64,000 nt of DNA. Source: Macrostomum lignano. Taxonomy: Eukaryota. The position numbers and the translations under genes were made by a program. The stretch lies in the NCBI GenBank assembly GCA_002269645.1, contig NIVC01002101.1, positions 124,001 through 188,000 on the forward strand, given 5' to 3'. Position 1 is the first letter of the stretch; each line of letters opens with the position of its first letter. The notes under the pieces are model-generated. The model made no database searches. It saw nothing but the letters and a program-made list of their open reading frames with translations, and was not told where the DNA came from. Shown piece by piece: positions 25,401-37,078 of this stretch.

Positions 25401-27959
25401 GCGAGAGTTGGACGGATTAAAGCTACCCCAATCAGTTTCCTCGTATTTTTCATTTCAGAATAGTCCAAGAGAGATTGCTCACTGGAGCATGTGGAAACTT
25501 CTCAATGTTGCTGAGTATATACTCAAAGGACCTTTTTGTTTTCATAGCTGACAGCTAGCTGACAGAGTCTATCTGTACTATATTTTTATAATTGACACAT
25601 CTATATTCTAGTACCCCAATTTTCTAAACTATAAGCTTTAAGAAAGGCACAGCATATCAAAAGATGAACACTGCGCCTGCGTCCTATCAAAAGCAATAAC
25701 AAAGTTTTGTGCTGAAAAAATGAAAACCTCCATTCTGCTTTATGATTCTTAGTTGGCAGTGACTATTCGTCCGGTACCGGCTGAGCTGCGTGAGTTGGCA
25801 CTCTGCGCATCTTTTCTAGCAAGGTATACTAGCGTGATGTTAGAGTGTCAGTACTGAGTTCGAGTCTGTAGTGAAGACTCTACTTTTTTATTGTTACAAC
25901 TCCAAGTGTTATTGTAATAACTCTAAGTCCTTACTTTGGCGTTTGTGTTATAGAACAGCAAATATCGTTATTAATTTTGACTGTACTAAGACTACTGTTT
26001 ACTGTGAAACCAAAACATACCGATATGTATCGAACGAAATATAATAAAGGTAAAAATTATACAAAACTGCTGGATCGGGCAATGACATGTAGACTATGCC
26101 CAAGTATTTTTTGCCCAAAGTTCTAGCCTAAAAGTGAACTATACACTACTTTTTTGAGTATTCCCTGTGTTTTACAAGTTTTTATTACATATCCACATCC
26201 GTACTGTGCCGGACGAATAACTTCCTTTGGTGTACATATCGGCCTCTCGGACTTTCTAATCGTCAGCGATGAACACTCTCTGTGCCTTCGGGAGAATCAG
26301 GAATCGCGGCACGAGAGTCAGACCTGTCTACCTTTGAGCTGCTCTGAAATCCTCGAAACAAATCTGAAATCCCCTTAGAAAATCTCCCCAGAAAACTGAC
26401 CTGCCTCGACGCGTTTCCACGGTGAAGAAATTCCTGCAATTTTATCGAATTTTGAGGGTGGGTTTTAGTTTGAAAATTATTAGGCTGGGGATTGAAATGA
26501 TTTTATTTCAGGCTTTCTTTGACTATTGACAATTTTCATTTCTTTGAAAAATTACACAAAGGCGGATTAAGAGATTAGTGCGAATATGAAATAGCTTGCT
26601 TTGATTGAAAAATGGCAGATTAAATATTTTGGAGCCCGTTTTCGAATATTTATGTGAATGGATAGAATATTTTGCCTCTTGAGTCAGCGCTGAGATTTTG
26701 GGAGAGTTGCTCAGTGATGATTTGTGTCTGTCATCAGTGATGATTTGTGTCTGTCATCAGTGATGATTTGTGTCTGTCTGTCATCAGTGATGATTTGTGT
26801 CTGTCTGTCATCAGTGTTGGTTTGTGTCTGTCTGCAATCAGTGATGATTTGTGTCTGTCATCAGTGATGGTTTGTGTCTGTCTGTCGTCAGTGATGGTTT
26901 GTGTCTGTCTGTCATCAGTGATGGTTTGTGTCTGTCTGTCGTCAGTGATGGTTTGTGTCTGTCTGTCATCAGTGATGGTTTGTGTCTGTCTGTCATCAGT
27001 GATGATTTGTGTCTGTCATCAGTGATGATTTGTGTCTGTCATCAGTGATGATTTATGTCTGTCATCAGTGATGATTTGTGTCTGTCTGTATTCAGTGATG
27101 ATTTGTGTCTGTCTGTCATCAGTGATGATTTGTGTCTGTCATCACTGATGATTTGTGTCTGTCATCAGTAATGGTTTGTGTCTGCCATCAGTGATGATTT
27201 GTGTTTGTCTGTCATCAGTGATGGTTTGTGTCTGCCATCAGTGATGATTTGTGTCTGTCTGTCATCAGTGAGGATTTGTGTCTGTCTGCCATCAGTGATG
27301 ATTTGTGCCTGTCTGTCTTCAGTGATGATTTGTGTCTGTCTGTCATCAGTGAGGATTTGTGTCTGTCTGTCATCAGTGATGATTTGTGTCTGTCATCAGT
27401 GATGATTTGTGTCTGTCATCAGTGATGATTTGTGTCTGTCTGTCATCAGTGATGGTTTGTGTCTGTCTGTCATCAGTGATGGTTTGTGTCTGTCATCAGT
27501 GATGATTTGTGTCTGTCTGTCATCAGTGATGATTTGTGTCTGTCATCAGTGATGGTTTGTGTCTGTCATCAGTGATGATTTGTGTCTGTCATCAGTGATG
27601 GTTTGTGTCTGTCATCAGTGATGATTTGTGTCTGCCATCAGTGATGATTTGTCTCATTATTTGTGTTGAACTTGCCTTCTATTCAGGCAGCCCACCGCCA
27701 GGGTGACCATGAGCACTGACAGCTCGTGGAAGAGGAACAGGAAGGCGATTCTCTGCTCGCTTGTTCTCGCCAGACAGGCCAGTCCAGGCAGGGCGGCCCC
27801 CAAGCTGGCGTCCGACATGCCGACCAGGGAGAACAGCAGGCAGTAGTTCACCGTCCGCAGCAGGTTGGACCGCAGCAGCGACAGGTGTCGCCGAGGCGAC
27901 TGCAACTGCGGAGGGTCTCCGTTGGATTTGGGGGCCGCTGCTGCATTTTTGACTTCCAT
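19486..27959 (-). CDS. MFS transporter, MFSD4/NaGLT1-like, 9 exons, 534 aa
   Basis: Exons 27959-27676, 24805-24367, 24294-24207, 22397-22291, 21437-21342, 21239-21159, 20686-20539, 20353-20283 and 19776-19486 total 1605 nt, all phases are compatible and there is no internal stop. Motifs: GMSDASLGAALPGL, GLLEGCLEFFCNAQLLQLY...QAMFFCQSLGAFVSPLI, AYLPATFWGFTLIGRL, SAALGEAVLP. Confidence 0.9.
19845..20262. repeat. 31-bp minisatellite, ~13 copies, in MFS intron 8
   Basis: GAGCCCCTTGGTTACCTGAGATATTCTCTAT units. Confidence 0.95.
20940..21036 (-). mobile_element. tRNA-derived SINE family B, 5' part
   Basis: Reverse complement GGGGTTGTGGTGGTGGTTAGAGCGTCTGATTCACGACTTGAAGGTCGGGGGTTCGATTC...TTTGTGCCCTT matches the head of 57467-57700. 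Confidence 0.8.
21456..22255. repeat. ~33-bp purine-rich minisatellite in MFS intron 4
   Basis: GAGAGTGGAGGATGAGAGAGACATGGGAGGGTA units. Confidence 0.95.
22468..24096. repeat. 21-bp minisatellite, ~75 copies, in MFS intron 3
   Basis: GGGATCTGAGACAGGTGATTA and TGGATCTGAGACAGGTGATTA variants. Confidence 0.97.
26711..27655. repeat. 23/27-bp minisatellite in MFS intron 1
   Basis: GTCATCAGTGATGATTTGTGTCT(GTCT) units. Confidence 0.95.
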
Positions 27960-28039
27960 CTGGAGTTTGGCGACGGGGGTTCTGTGCTGAGCCTTGACAA
28001 CTTTAGTCAGACATCAAGTCAGTGAGAATGTTCAGTGAG

Positions 28040-28378
28040 AATCAGTGAGACCAAATGAGAATTAAGTGAGAGTCAGAGGAGAATCAGTGAGACATCAAGC
28101 AAGAACCAAAGGAGAATCGAGTGAGAGTCAGAGGAGAATCAGTGAGACATCAAGCAAGAACCAAATGAGAATCGAGGAGAGTCAGAGGAGAATCAGTGAG
28201 ACATCAAGCAAGAACCAAATGAGAATCGAGGAGAGTCAGAGAATAATCAGTGAGACATCAAGCAAGAACCAAATGAGAATCGAGTGAGGGTCAGAGGAGA
28301 ATCAGTGAGACATCAAGCAAGAACCAAAGGAAAATCGAGTGAGGGTCAGAGGAGAATCAGTGAGACATCAAGCAAGAT
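28040..28378. repeat. 54-bp minisatellite, ~6 copies, upstream of the MFS start
   Basis: GAGTCAGAGGAGAATCAGTGAGACATCAAGCAAGAACCAAATGAGAATCGAG-type units. Confidence 0.9.
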
Positions 28379-29097
28379 GTCAATAGACAATAGATGAGAC
28401 AATGAGACAATAAAAATCTCGCTAGAATCCAGCAATGTCAAACTCACCGCACTTGAGCAGCTCCGAGCCCTCAAGAAATTGTCAGTTGGTGGCTGCAGAG
28501 CTGAAATCACTACTCCACTTCGAGTCGGATCCCATATTTATTGGGGAAATTTTGCTTCCCCAGCCAACCACCGCGCCTCGTAGCGGAAACGTTCGGGAAA
28601 ATTTAGGGATTCTACAATGCTTTTTTGACTTCCTGCCTTTTACCGTGTTTCGGATCGCAGATCCTAGCAATTCAAGAAAGGACAGATACCCTCCTACGTG
28701 TATATATATTTAGGAAATTGAAGACGACACTTTTTATTGCCTTCGAAGGCTGATTCCATTTATTGGATTCCAATTGATTGCAGACTGGCCCAGCTCTGGG
28801 CTGGGTTCCTGCTCCAACACTGGCAGCATATTGCTTCCTGCAGCTCAGCTCAAGCCAGCAATGGGGTAGGGAGCTCACATGGCAGAGAGCTTCAAGTAAT
28901 TTTAATTGCTAAATTTCTTAAATGTTGAGCGGGGCTTGAGTTCACTACCGACTTGCTCACTGAATAATGGCCGGAGCTGGTGGCTTGGCTTGGGACCGGC
29001 TGACTGATATAGTTTGGCATGGCTCGGCTGAACCCGAATGCCACGTATTGACTGGCATGCGTGCAGGCATGAAAGGACAGGATAAGGACAAGTACGA

Positions 29098-29680
29098 ATA
29101 CAGGCACTGATACAGGCACTGATACAGGCACTGATACAGGCACTGATACAGGCACTGATACAGGCACTGATACAGGCACTGATACAGGCACTCATACAGG
29201 CACTGATACAGGCACTGATACAGGCACTCATACAGGCACTGATACAGGCACTCATACAGGCACTGATACAGGCACTTATACAGGCACTCATACAGGCACT
29301 CATACAGGCACTGATACAGGCACTCATACAGGCACTCATACAGGCACTCATACAGGCACTCATACAGGCACTGATACAGGCACTCATACAGGCACTGATA
29401 CAGGCACTCATACAGGCACTGATACAGGCACTCATACAGGCACTCATACAGGCACTCATACAGGCACTGATACAGGCACTGATACAGGCACTCATACAGG
29501 CACTGATGCAGGCACTGATACAGGCACTGATACAGGCACTCATACAGGCACTGATACAGAAACTGAAACAAACAGTGAAGGACAAAGATAGACAGACACA
29601 CAGACAGACAGGCAGACAGACAGACATACACACACAGACAGACAGACACTCTGACAGACAGACAGACAGACAGACACTCT

Positions 29681-29712
<32 letters not shown>

Positions 29713-29728
29713 CTAAGACAGACAGACC

Positions 29729-29792
<64 letters not shown>

Positions 29793-29807
29793 CTAAGACA
29801 GACACTA

Positions 29808-29880
<73 letters not shown>

Positions 29881-29881
29881 G
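29098..29881. repeat. 12-bp array (CAGGCACT(G/C)ATA)n followed by a (CAGA)n microsatellite
   Basis: 12-mer about 29098-29540; CAGA about 29590-29881. Confidence 0.97.
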
Positions 29882-31287
29882 GTAACCAGACAAGCAGTAA
29901 AATTCGGTCACTATAGGGGCATGGTAGTACATTAGCATAGCAGAGAGAGGAATAAGAGCTAGGAATGAGTAGGGAAGATAGAGAGAGTGGGCGAGCTGGA
30001 GGAAGGCGCAGAGCCTCATGCCTTAGGAGATCTTACGGCGTAATAATTGGTTCTCCTCTGCCTTATTCTTACCGAGCAATTCACATTGAAATGCCAGCGG
30101 TATCCCAGTCCCCCAATTGCATTTATGAGACAATAAATATCAACTGTTCTCTTCTCCACTGTGAGCTCCAGAAATTGCAGCCAACTTTGCCGTTCTGTCT
30201 GCAAATTAAAAAAAAACTAAATTGATTAGCGTCAAAATTAATCATCCAATTTGGTTTTTTGAAACAGTTTTTTTGAAATTATAATTGGTCATTATGACAG
30301 TGTTACTTATATAACATGAGTACCTTATACTCGTATAACGTAGTTTATAAAGACCGTATTTTGCTGATTTTGATTAAAACGTTTTTTTCATATTATATGC
30401 TACTTCCAATTAGTAGAATGTACAGAGAATTTATGGTCGAAATTTTTTGGTCTTTTGAAGTTAAAATTAAAGGCTGGGAAATGGATTATACATGTAGAAT
30501 AGCTTGGATTAGTGAATGAGTCATCTGGATGCAGGAATAAAGAAGAGAGAAGAAAGATAGACAAAGTAGAGGAGAGGGAATAAAGGACAGAGGTGAGAGG
30601 TGAGAGGTGAGAGGAGAAATGAGAAAAAGTGAGAGAAGGTGAGATGAGGTAGAAGAGAGGATAGAGGAGAGAGGTGAGAGGAGAGAGAAGAAAGGGGAGA
30701 GGAGAGAGGAGAGAGGAGAGGGGATTTTCTGCTATCGGTCTTACACAATAAGTCTAATCTGCTAACAATGCAGTGCATATAGCTTCAAGGTACCACTATA
30801 AGTTACCGCTGCAGTACTCGTATCAGAACGTAACAGTCGTAGCGTACAAAACTATTGCAAAATTATATGAGGTCTGGCTTGTTTAAATGCAATTTAGCAA
30901 TACCTGCCTTTAAGAAACATTCTATTTGGCTGCTTTAAAGAAACCTGCACGAATATTTTAGTTCATTTCAGATGTGCCGCATCTCCAACCCGAAGGTTCC
31001 CAGTCTGTCAATGCCAGCTGGGCTACACCACGACTGGGTACCGTGGATTCAATAGGGCTTTGTGAGATTAAATGAATTTTTTGATGACTTTGTTTGCAGC
31101 TTTGTTCTCTTATGTCCCAAGCTTTTCATGATGATATTCCAAGTATAGAGATTCCGAAAGCGAGGTTAAATGCAACAAATACAGCTGCGATTTTTGACTC
31201 CTACTGTTCGTTTGGACAGAAAAATTGGAATTTTGAAGTGATAGAATTCTTTTTGTACCGGTGTGTCAGGATTTAGAAGTTGCCTCA

Positions 31288-32535
31288 ATGATTTTGAATA
31301 AAGCTTTGCAATTCGCAAAATTTGTATGTTACATCCAAGTAACTTCTAGTGGTCCTTGTGCTACCTACGCACTTTACCCCACTCAAGTCTTGTAATCTTA
31401 AACAAATAGCTAACGCATTTGAAAGAATTTCATCTCGTCGCTTCTTGGGAATCACAGCATCATGCCAAGGTGAAGCGCGCGACCATCTCTTTTTTCTTCT
31501 CTCTCCACTCCATCTCTCTCCACTCCAGCCCAAATATAAACTGTACACCTATTCCAAGCTCGAACAGTTCGGCTGGGACTGCATCGAGTCCAAGTACGTT
31601 TTCAGGTTCGTTTTCATAAAAGCACGCAAGAGATGCGCAGCAGCCTGCAATTTATTCAAGACCTGCCAAGCCTTCACAACGATGGGTGGACACTGCAGAC
31701 TGTTTTTGTTTGACAAGTGCAGCAAGAACGTGCGCAAGTGCAGCTGCAATCGCGCCGCCAAGCTGTACGTGAGGCGACAGCCGGGCTTGCGACCGGGCGC
31801 CTTGTGTCCGGCCGACTTTCATCATAACAGGTGCGTGCGTTTTTGCTTCGCTTAGCGCCCTGGGATGTCTTTTGGGTTGCCTGTGTGCCAGCAAGCGAGT
31901 AGGAAGTGTTGCCGCTTTGCTGACCCATTGGCCGCCCTCGGTGCTTTGTCACTCTGTGCTTTCGGGTTGGTCCTCATAAACTCGAATTCCACGAATAGCC
32001 CCAGAATAATTTCAGTTACATCGAGAATCGAACGCAGTGTCCTTGTTACGAGAGTCAAAGGTGATAACGCTTCTCTTCCCAATCCTTCGCCAGGTGTGGC
32101 GTGAAGTACAAGCTTGCTCGGCCACGCTCATGTCGCTGGGACTCGGGCTTGGCCAGCTGCAACGCGGAGCGGGGACTCACCATCATGGCCGAGCCGATCG
32201 ACAGGGCCAAGTACTTTTACTTGAGGGAGCTGCATGCCAGATGGTTCAGACGGCCACGGAATTCCCCGAGCTTCTTCCTTGGAGTCAGTCAAGATCCCGG
32301 AAGCAAGGAACCGGCAGGCGGCTGGTTTTGGCACACCTGCCGGATCCCCATCGATCCCAGTCTGTGGCAGAAAGGAGAGCCCAGTAACTATGAACATACA
32401 GGCGTGGGAGAAAGTGTTGCGTGCGGTGGGGACGGATTTAAATTGCTGAACGACTGTCCGATGTCTTTGAAAACCAAACATCGCCATGTAGATGGCACGT
32501 TTTGTGAATGCCTGTCACCATTTGACATAGAATAG
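31288..32535 (+). CDS. PAN/apple-like plus C-type lectin domain protein; exons 31288-31338 (tentative), 31529-31830, 32094-32535
   Basis: CAAACNLFKTCQAFTTMGGHCRLF shows the PAN/apple Cys pattern. A phase-2 AG|GTGCGT to CAG|G join continues into a CTLD with WDSGLASC, FFLG, WFW, WQKGEPSN, LND.C and FCEC. The first exon is tentative. Confidence 0.75.
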
Positions 32536-33199
32536 TGATTCTCGAAGGCTCTACGCCTAGTGTGGGTTACTAAACTGAACTTTTCGTCACTTCAGTTCGG
32601 AAACGCTCTAAATTGAGAGGATATTAGTAGTTCACTTTGTCGAAACTTTTAATCCAAATATTAATTCAAGACATTCTTTGAATTTTAATAATCCAGACTC
32701 CAGCGATTGGAGCTGCTCCAGTTATGCGCAACTCAAATTCAGTTAATATGCAAAGTGTGCTTAGTGAAAATGATTAATCCAATGCTAAATCTGCTGTATT
32801 TTCAAATATAGACTCGATTACTAAAGAAATAAAGATCTGTCCAGAATCAACCCTGTTTGATGCCAAACCAGAATGCGTTCAAATACGAGCCACTTGACAT
32901 AAATAAATTCTAGTGAGTATATTACGACATTTGTGAAAGAGGACACCAACAGTGACTTATTTGCCGAGTTGCAAACTTAAAAAATGCAGTATTTTCTTTA
33001 CGTTTTCTTGCAATGGTTACTCTCTGAGTAGGGTGTGTTAGACGCACCGGGTGTTGCCGCTGTACATGCATCTGTACTCTGTCGGGGGTTCAGGTGTGGG
33101 GGCAGGTGTGGGGGTGTTGGCTGTGCCGGCCAGCTTAAAGTCTCTACACCCGGCCCGGCTTGTCTCCGCCGCCATTTCTCAACTTTTGCTCAGCCACCG

Positions 33200-33960
33200 T
33201 CATGAGTACCAGCCCAAAGCGACTCAACGTGCGCCAACTCAAGGCTGAGCTGCAAAACAGAGGCCACACTGCAGGCCGCAAAAAACAGCACACCAAGCGC
33301 TTGTCCACTGCACTCGGCTCAGAGCAAGCTGACGAAGACTTCAACGACTCCGAGATACTTCTTCTGCTCCGGAAGCCGAGGACGGCATCAGCTGCGCGGG
33401 CGAGGCGCCTCCGGGGGCGGGGAGCGACCGGCTGGCGGCGCTGCAGCAGGATGTGGCGCTGCTCGAACTGCAAGGCCGTCGTCGGGATCTTCAGCAACAG
33501 CTTCGCACTCAGCAGCGCTTGACGGCTCAGTCCCGCCAGCATCATCATCAGGTGAGCAAAAATTCACATGCCGGTCTGCAGTTGCACGAGGTTTTTGAAT
33601 CTAGGATAAGGGAGGCGGCTCAGCTTCATGCCGCTAATTGTCAGGCTCCGACTTGCAAGTTGCATCTCGTCAGAGACCACATCGAGCTATCCAGAGGACC
33701 CGGCCCAGCCAGTCAGGAGCAGTTGGTCGCCACTATGGAGAATGGCTCCCTCACATTCAGAAAGCAGGAGCTCGTGATCTGCCCGCTTGAGTTCGCGTTC
33801 TCTACTACTCGCATCCTTTTGCAGGTCGACCTCGCCCTCCGGAGACGCCGCCCGTCCCTCGGCTGCGTCCGCCGGACACCTGTGCCCGCCTCGACCTGGC
33901 GGAGAACTCCTGGCGATCCTACCTCAGCCAGCTGCGTTCCTGGGAAGCCTTCGGCGTCAG
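33200..33960 (+). pseudogene. Frameshifted SAP-domain/coiled-coil ORF followed by a short segment resembling a tyrosine-recombinase N-terminal helix
   Basis: KRLNVRQLKAELQNRGHTAGRKKQHTKRLSTAL (SAP). After an apparent 1-nt shift near 33350 comes DRLAALQQDVALLELQGRRRDLQQQL, then LAENSWRSYLSQLRSWEAF at about 33890-33950. Confidence 0.45.
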
Positions 33961-34094
33961 CACAGGCCGCCCTTCATTTTCTAGCAGTTCAAAATCATTG
34001 ATCATTGTGGGACTCACTTTAGGCTCGATATACTCAATTCCATGTACATTAAAAACCAGAAACCAAATCTGAATCTCACATTTGCTCTCTATTT

Positions 34095-34535
34095 GCTTCC
34101 CAAGACAATATACACTCGTGACTGGGCGGTTCTTCACACCCAGCCTCTCTTCCCCAACACAATGTACACCCGTGACTGGGCGATTCTTCACACCCCAGCC
34201 TCTCTTCCCCAAGACAATGTACACTCGTGACTAACTGGTTGTTCACACCCCAGCCTCTCTTCCCCAAGACGATGTACACTCGTGACTGGGCGGTTTTTCA
34301 CACCCCAGACTCTCTTCCCCAACACAATGTACACTAGTGACTAACTGGCTGTTCGCACCCCAGACTCTCTTCCCCAAGACAATGTACACTCGTGACTAAC
34401 TGGTTGTTCACACCTCAGCCTCTCTTCCCCAAGACAATGTACACTCGTGACTGGGCGGTTCCTCACACGCTAGACTCTCTTCCCCAAGACAATGTACACT
34501 CGTGACTGGGCGGTTCTTCACACCCCAGACTCTTT
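34095..34535. repeat. 55-bp minisatellite, ~8 copies
   Basis: CCCAAGACAATGTACACTCGTGACTGGGCGGTTCTTCACACCCCAGCCTCTCTTC units. Confidence 0.93.
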
Positions 34536-34789
34536 TCCACAAAAATGCAATTGTAGCAGTCCTAAGCCTGCCGAAACGAGGGTGAAAGCAACGATGTCTG
34601 CCCGCCTGCAAAAGTTGTCTATGGCCCCAAGTGGGCACAAAGAAACTATGTGTATATTTTGAGCTAATATTAGCATTAACATGAGATATTAACATTAACA
34701 TGAGATAAACATTAGATAAATAGTCCATTGACAAGTCTCGATTTCTCACGCGGTATACCTTCTGACCTTAGTTTGATTGATTAAAGTTA

Positions 34790-35190
34790 AACTGAACGAA
34801 GAACAGGCGTAGATAGGAGTTGAGATACCTCACTGGCATATTCTCGATGTGGTCAGGTAAATTATCCGCGCGTAGAAACTCTTTTAGTTTGCGAATATGC
34901 AATTCAGTTTGCTTAACTGTCGACTTCCGTTTACTTTCTTGCTCCACATGATGTAGGCCAGCTTCTTCTTCTTCGGTCAATTAACGAAACAGGTTTCCAA
35001 CGTGATCTTCCGGCGTAGGATTGCGTAGTTCCTCATCAATTAGCCTCTCTTGCTCATCCGTCAGCCCTGTCCATTGACCGATTCTGTCGACATGGTCCCG
35101 AGGATCAAGATGCGTGATGAAATCGAGCTCATCTGAGCTCAATCTACTAATTTCGTCTTCGCGTATTGAAGAATAACGCAGCATATTCGA
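34790..35190 (-). pseudogene. Crypton-type tyrosine recombinase N-terminal fragment
   Basis: LFR*LTEEEEAGLHHVEQESKRKSTVKQTELHIRKLKEFLRADNLPDHIENMPVRYLNSYLRLFFV matches the ..T.K.T......F..(Y/F)L......IE..P...L..(Y)L..FF pattern of Crypton/KCTD1-QRICH1-type YR N-termini. It has an in-frame TAA at 34981-34983 and is truncated after FFV. Confidence 0.65.
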
Positions 35191-35341
35191 CAAACAGTAA
35201 AGGAAAAAAACACGATGGATTTTTCTTTCTAACATGACTTAATATGACTATTGATGCACAATATACTTTCCGCGGATGCACCCGCGGACAGCAAGCTGCT
35301 TGCTGTCTGCTGGGGGATGCTTGCTAAAGAGTTACCTAATT

Positions 35342-35421
35342 AATGTGGCTGCACTTGGAATCGAGCCTGGGTCGCGGCACACAAGAGCAGCTGCGCTACC
35401 GCTGGGCTACGGCCCCCCCCC
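35342..35421 (-). mobile_element. SINE family A head only (CpGs intact)
   Basis: Reverse complement aligns to 12816-12895. Confidence 0.85.
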
Positions 35422-35698
35422 CACCACACAACGTTGCATGCGCACTCAGTGTCGTGTCAGCATTATTATTTTAATGATCCTTTCTATACACTTTTTTGTA
35501 TCCAATTTCCTCAGGTCATGCAAACCTAAAATCGATTAATTTTCATTTCCTCATCTTGCTTGACCTGTAATAATAATACGGTAATAATTTAAGAGTAGGT
35601 TGGGTAGAGCGTAGTAGTAGGTTGAGTAGAGTGTTGGAGTAGGTTGGGTAGAGTGAAGGAGTAGAATGGGTAGAGTTAAGGAGTAGAATGGGTAGAGT

Positions 35699-37078
35699 GA
35701 AGGAGTAGGGTGGGTAGAGTAGAGAGCGGATTCTGAACGGGATAAGAGGAGGCGGTATAAAGGTCGTGTCAACATATTGTGCACCACGTGTCATTTTCTA
35801 TTTTTGCTTTTGATATAAATAAATCTAGTGAAAATGCTCGTATTTACGCTCGCACGCTCGCAATGTTGTTTTATTGTGCACAAAACATGGAGCTTTGTTT
35901 TTTAATCATTTTTTACTTTAGGCTGGAGCGGAGATAAGCGGAGGTGGATCGTTGGTGGCTAGATGGGCAGTTGGGTGGCTAGGTGGGGAGTTGTGTGGCT
36001 AGGTGGGGAGTTGGGTGGCTAGATGGGCAGTTGGGTGGCTAGGTGGGGAGTTGGGTGGCTAGGTGGGCAGTTGGGTGGCTAGGTGGGCAGTTGGGTGGCT
36101 AGGTGGGGAGTTGGGTGGCTAGGTGGGCAGTTGGGTGGCTAGGTGGGGAGTTGTGTGGCTAGGTGGGGAGTTGGGTGGCTAGGTGGGCAGTTGGGTGGCT
36201 AGGTGGGGAGTTGGGTGGCTAGGTGGGCAGTTGGGTGGCTAGGTGGGGAGTTGGGTGGCTAGGTGGGCAGTTGGGTGGCTAGATGGGCAGTTGGGTGGCT
36301 AGGTGGGGAGTTGGGTGGCTAGGTGGGCAGTTGGGTGGCTAGATGGGGAGTTGGGTGGCTAGGTGGGCAGTTGGGTGGCTAGGTGGGGAGTTGGGTGGCT
36401 AGGCGGGGAGTTGTGTGGCTAGGTGGGGAGTTGACTAGATGTTGGCTAGTTTTTTATTTTTTGTGGGATAATCATTTCTGTTCACAAAATGATTCCAGGG
36501 CTGTCTATTGTCGCGCCAGTCTGCTACTGAGCTGGCAGAAGTTGAGTGGTGCCCCTTGCACCATTTAAGCTGCTGCCAAAATTTGCTGGCCAATACGTGC
36601 CGTAGGAAACATTGTCCAAGAGACAATGATTTCTACGCAATCTGCAATAGGCAAGGCTGCTTTTGGGGGCAAAATTCATGGTGCGAGGGGCCAGTTGTGC
36701 CAGCTCCAGCGCCAGCTCCCCGCTGTTCCGCTGGCAAGGTGCCGAGCCTTGCCACGCTGGCCAGTCTGGCAACACGCAGCAGCGGCCCGCCGCCACTGCA
36801 CTTGTGCAGTTGTGGTTTGGGAAAGGTCTTGGTCACTGACCTGTAAAAACGTGATCCCTTCTGAACGTTAAAACGGCCCTTTTCAGGGCCACCAAATTCG
36901 CGATTCTTGCGTTTAGTCAACTCTTTTAACTCCGCCATTGCCGGTCCCCAGCCCGGATGAAAAAGGAGGAGGGAAAGAAAATATACACATGCTCACGTTC
37001 GTGTCACTGTTTTTCTGTTTTCTGTTTTGATAAAACTGTCTTGCCATTTTCCACTTGAAATGTTTCATTATGCTTTTT
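35699..37078 (+). repeat. Left arm of a large inverted duplication, containing a 20-bp array (GGTGGG(G/C)AGTTGGGTGGCTA, ~24 copies)
   Basis: Near-identical reverse complement of 48646-50467 from GAAGGAGTAGGGTGGG to CATTATGCTTTTTG. Confidence 0.92.

Noticed and set aside
26711-27655. Hammerhead array (CTGATGA on the minus strand in every unit)
   Set aside because: No GAAA half-core or helices.
30970-31070. EGF-like terminal exon (CQCQLGY)
   Set aside because: Too short, and no upstream exons could be linked.
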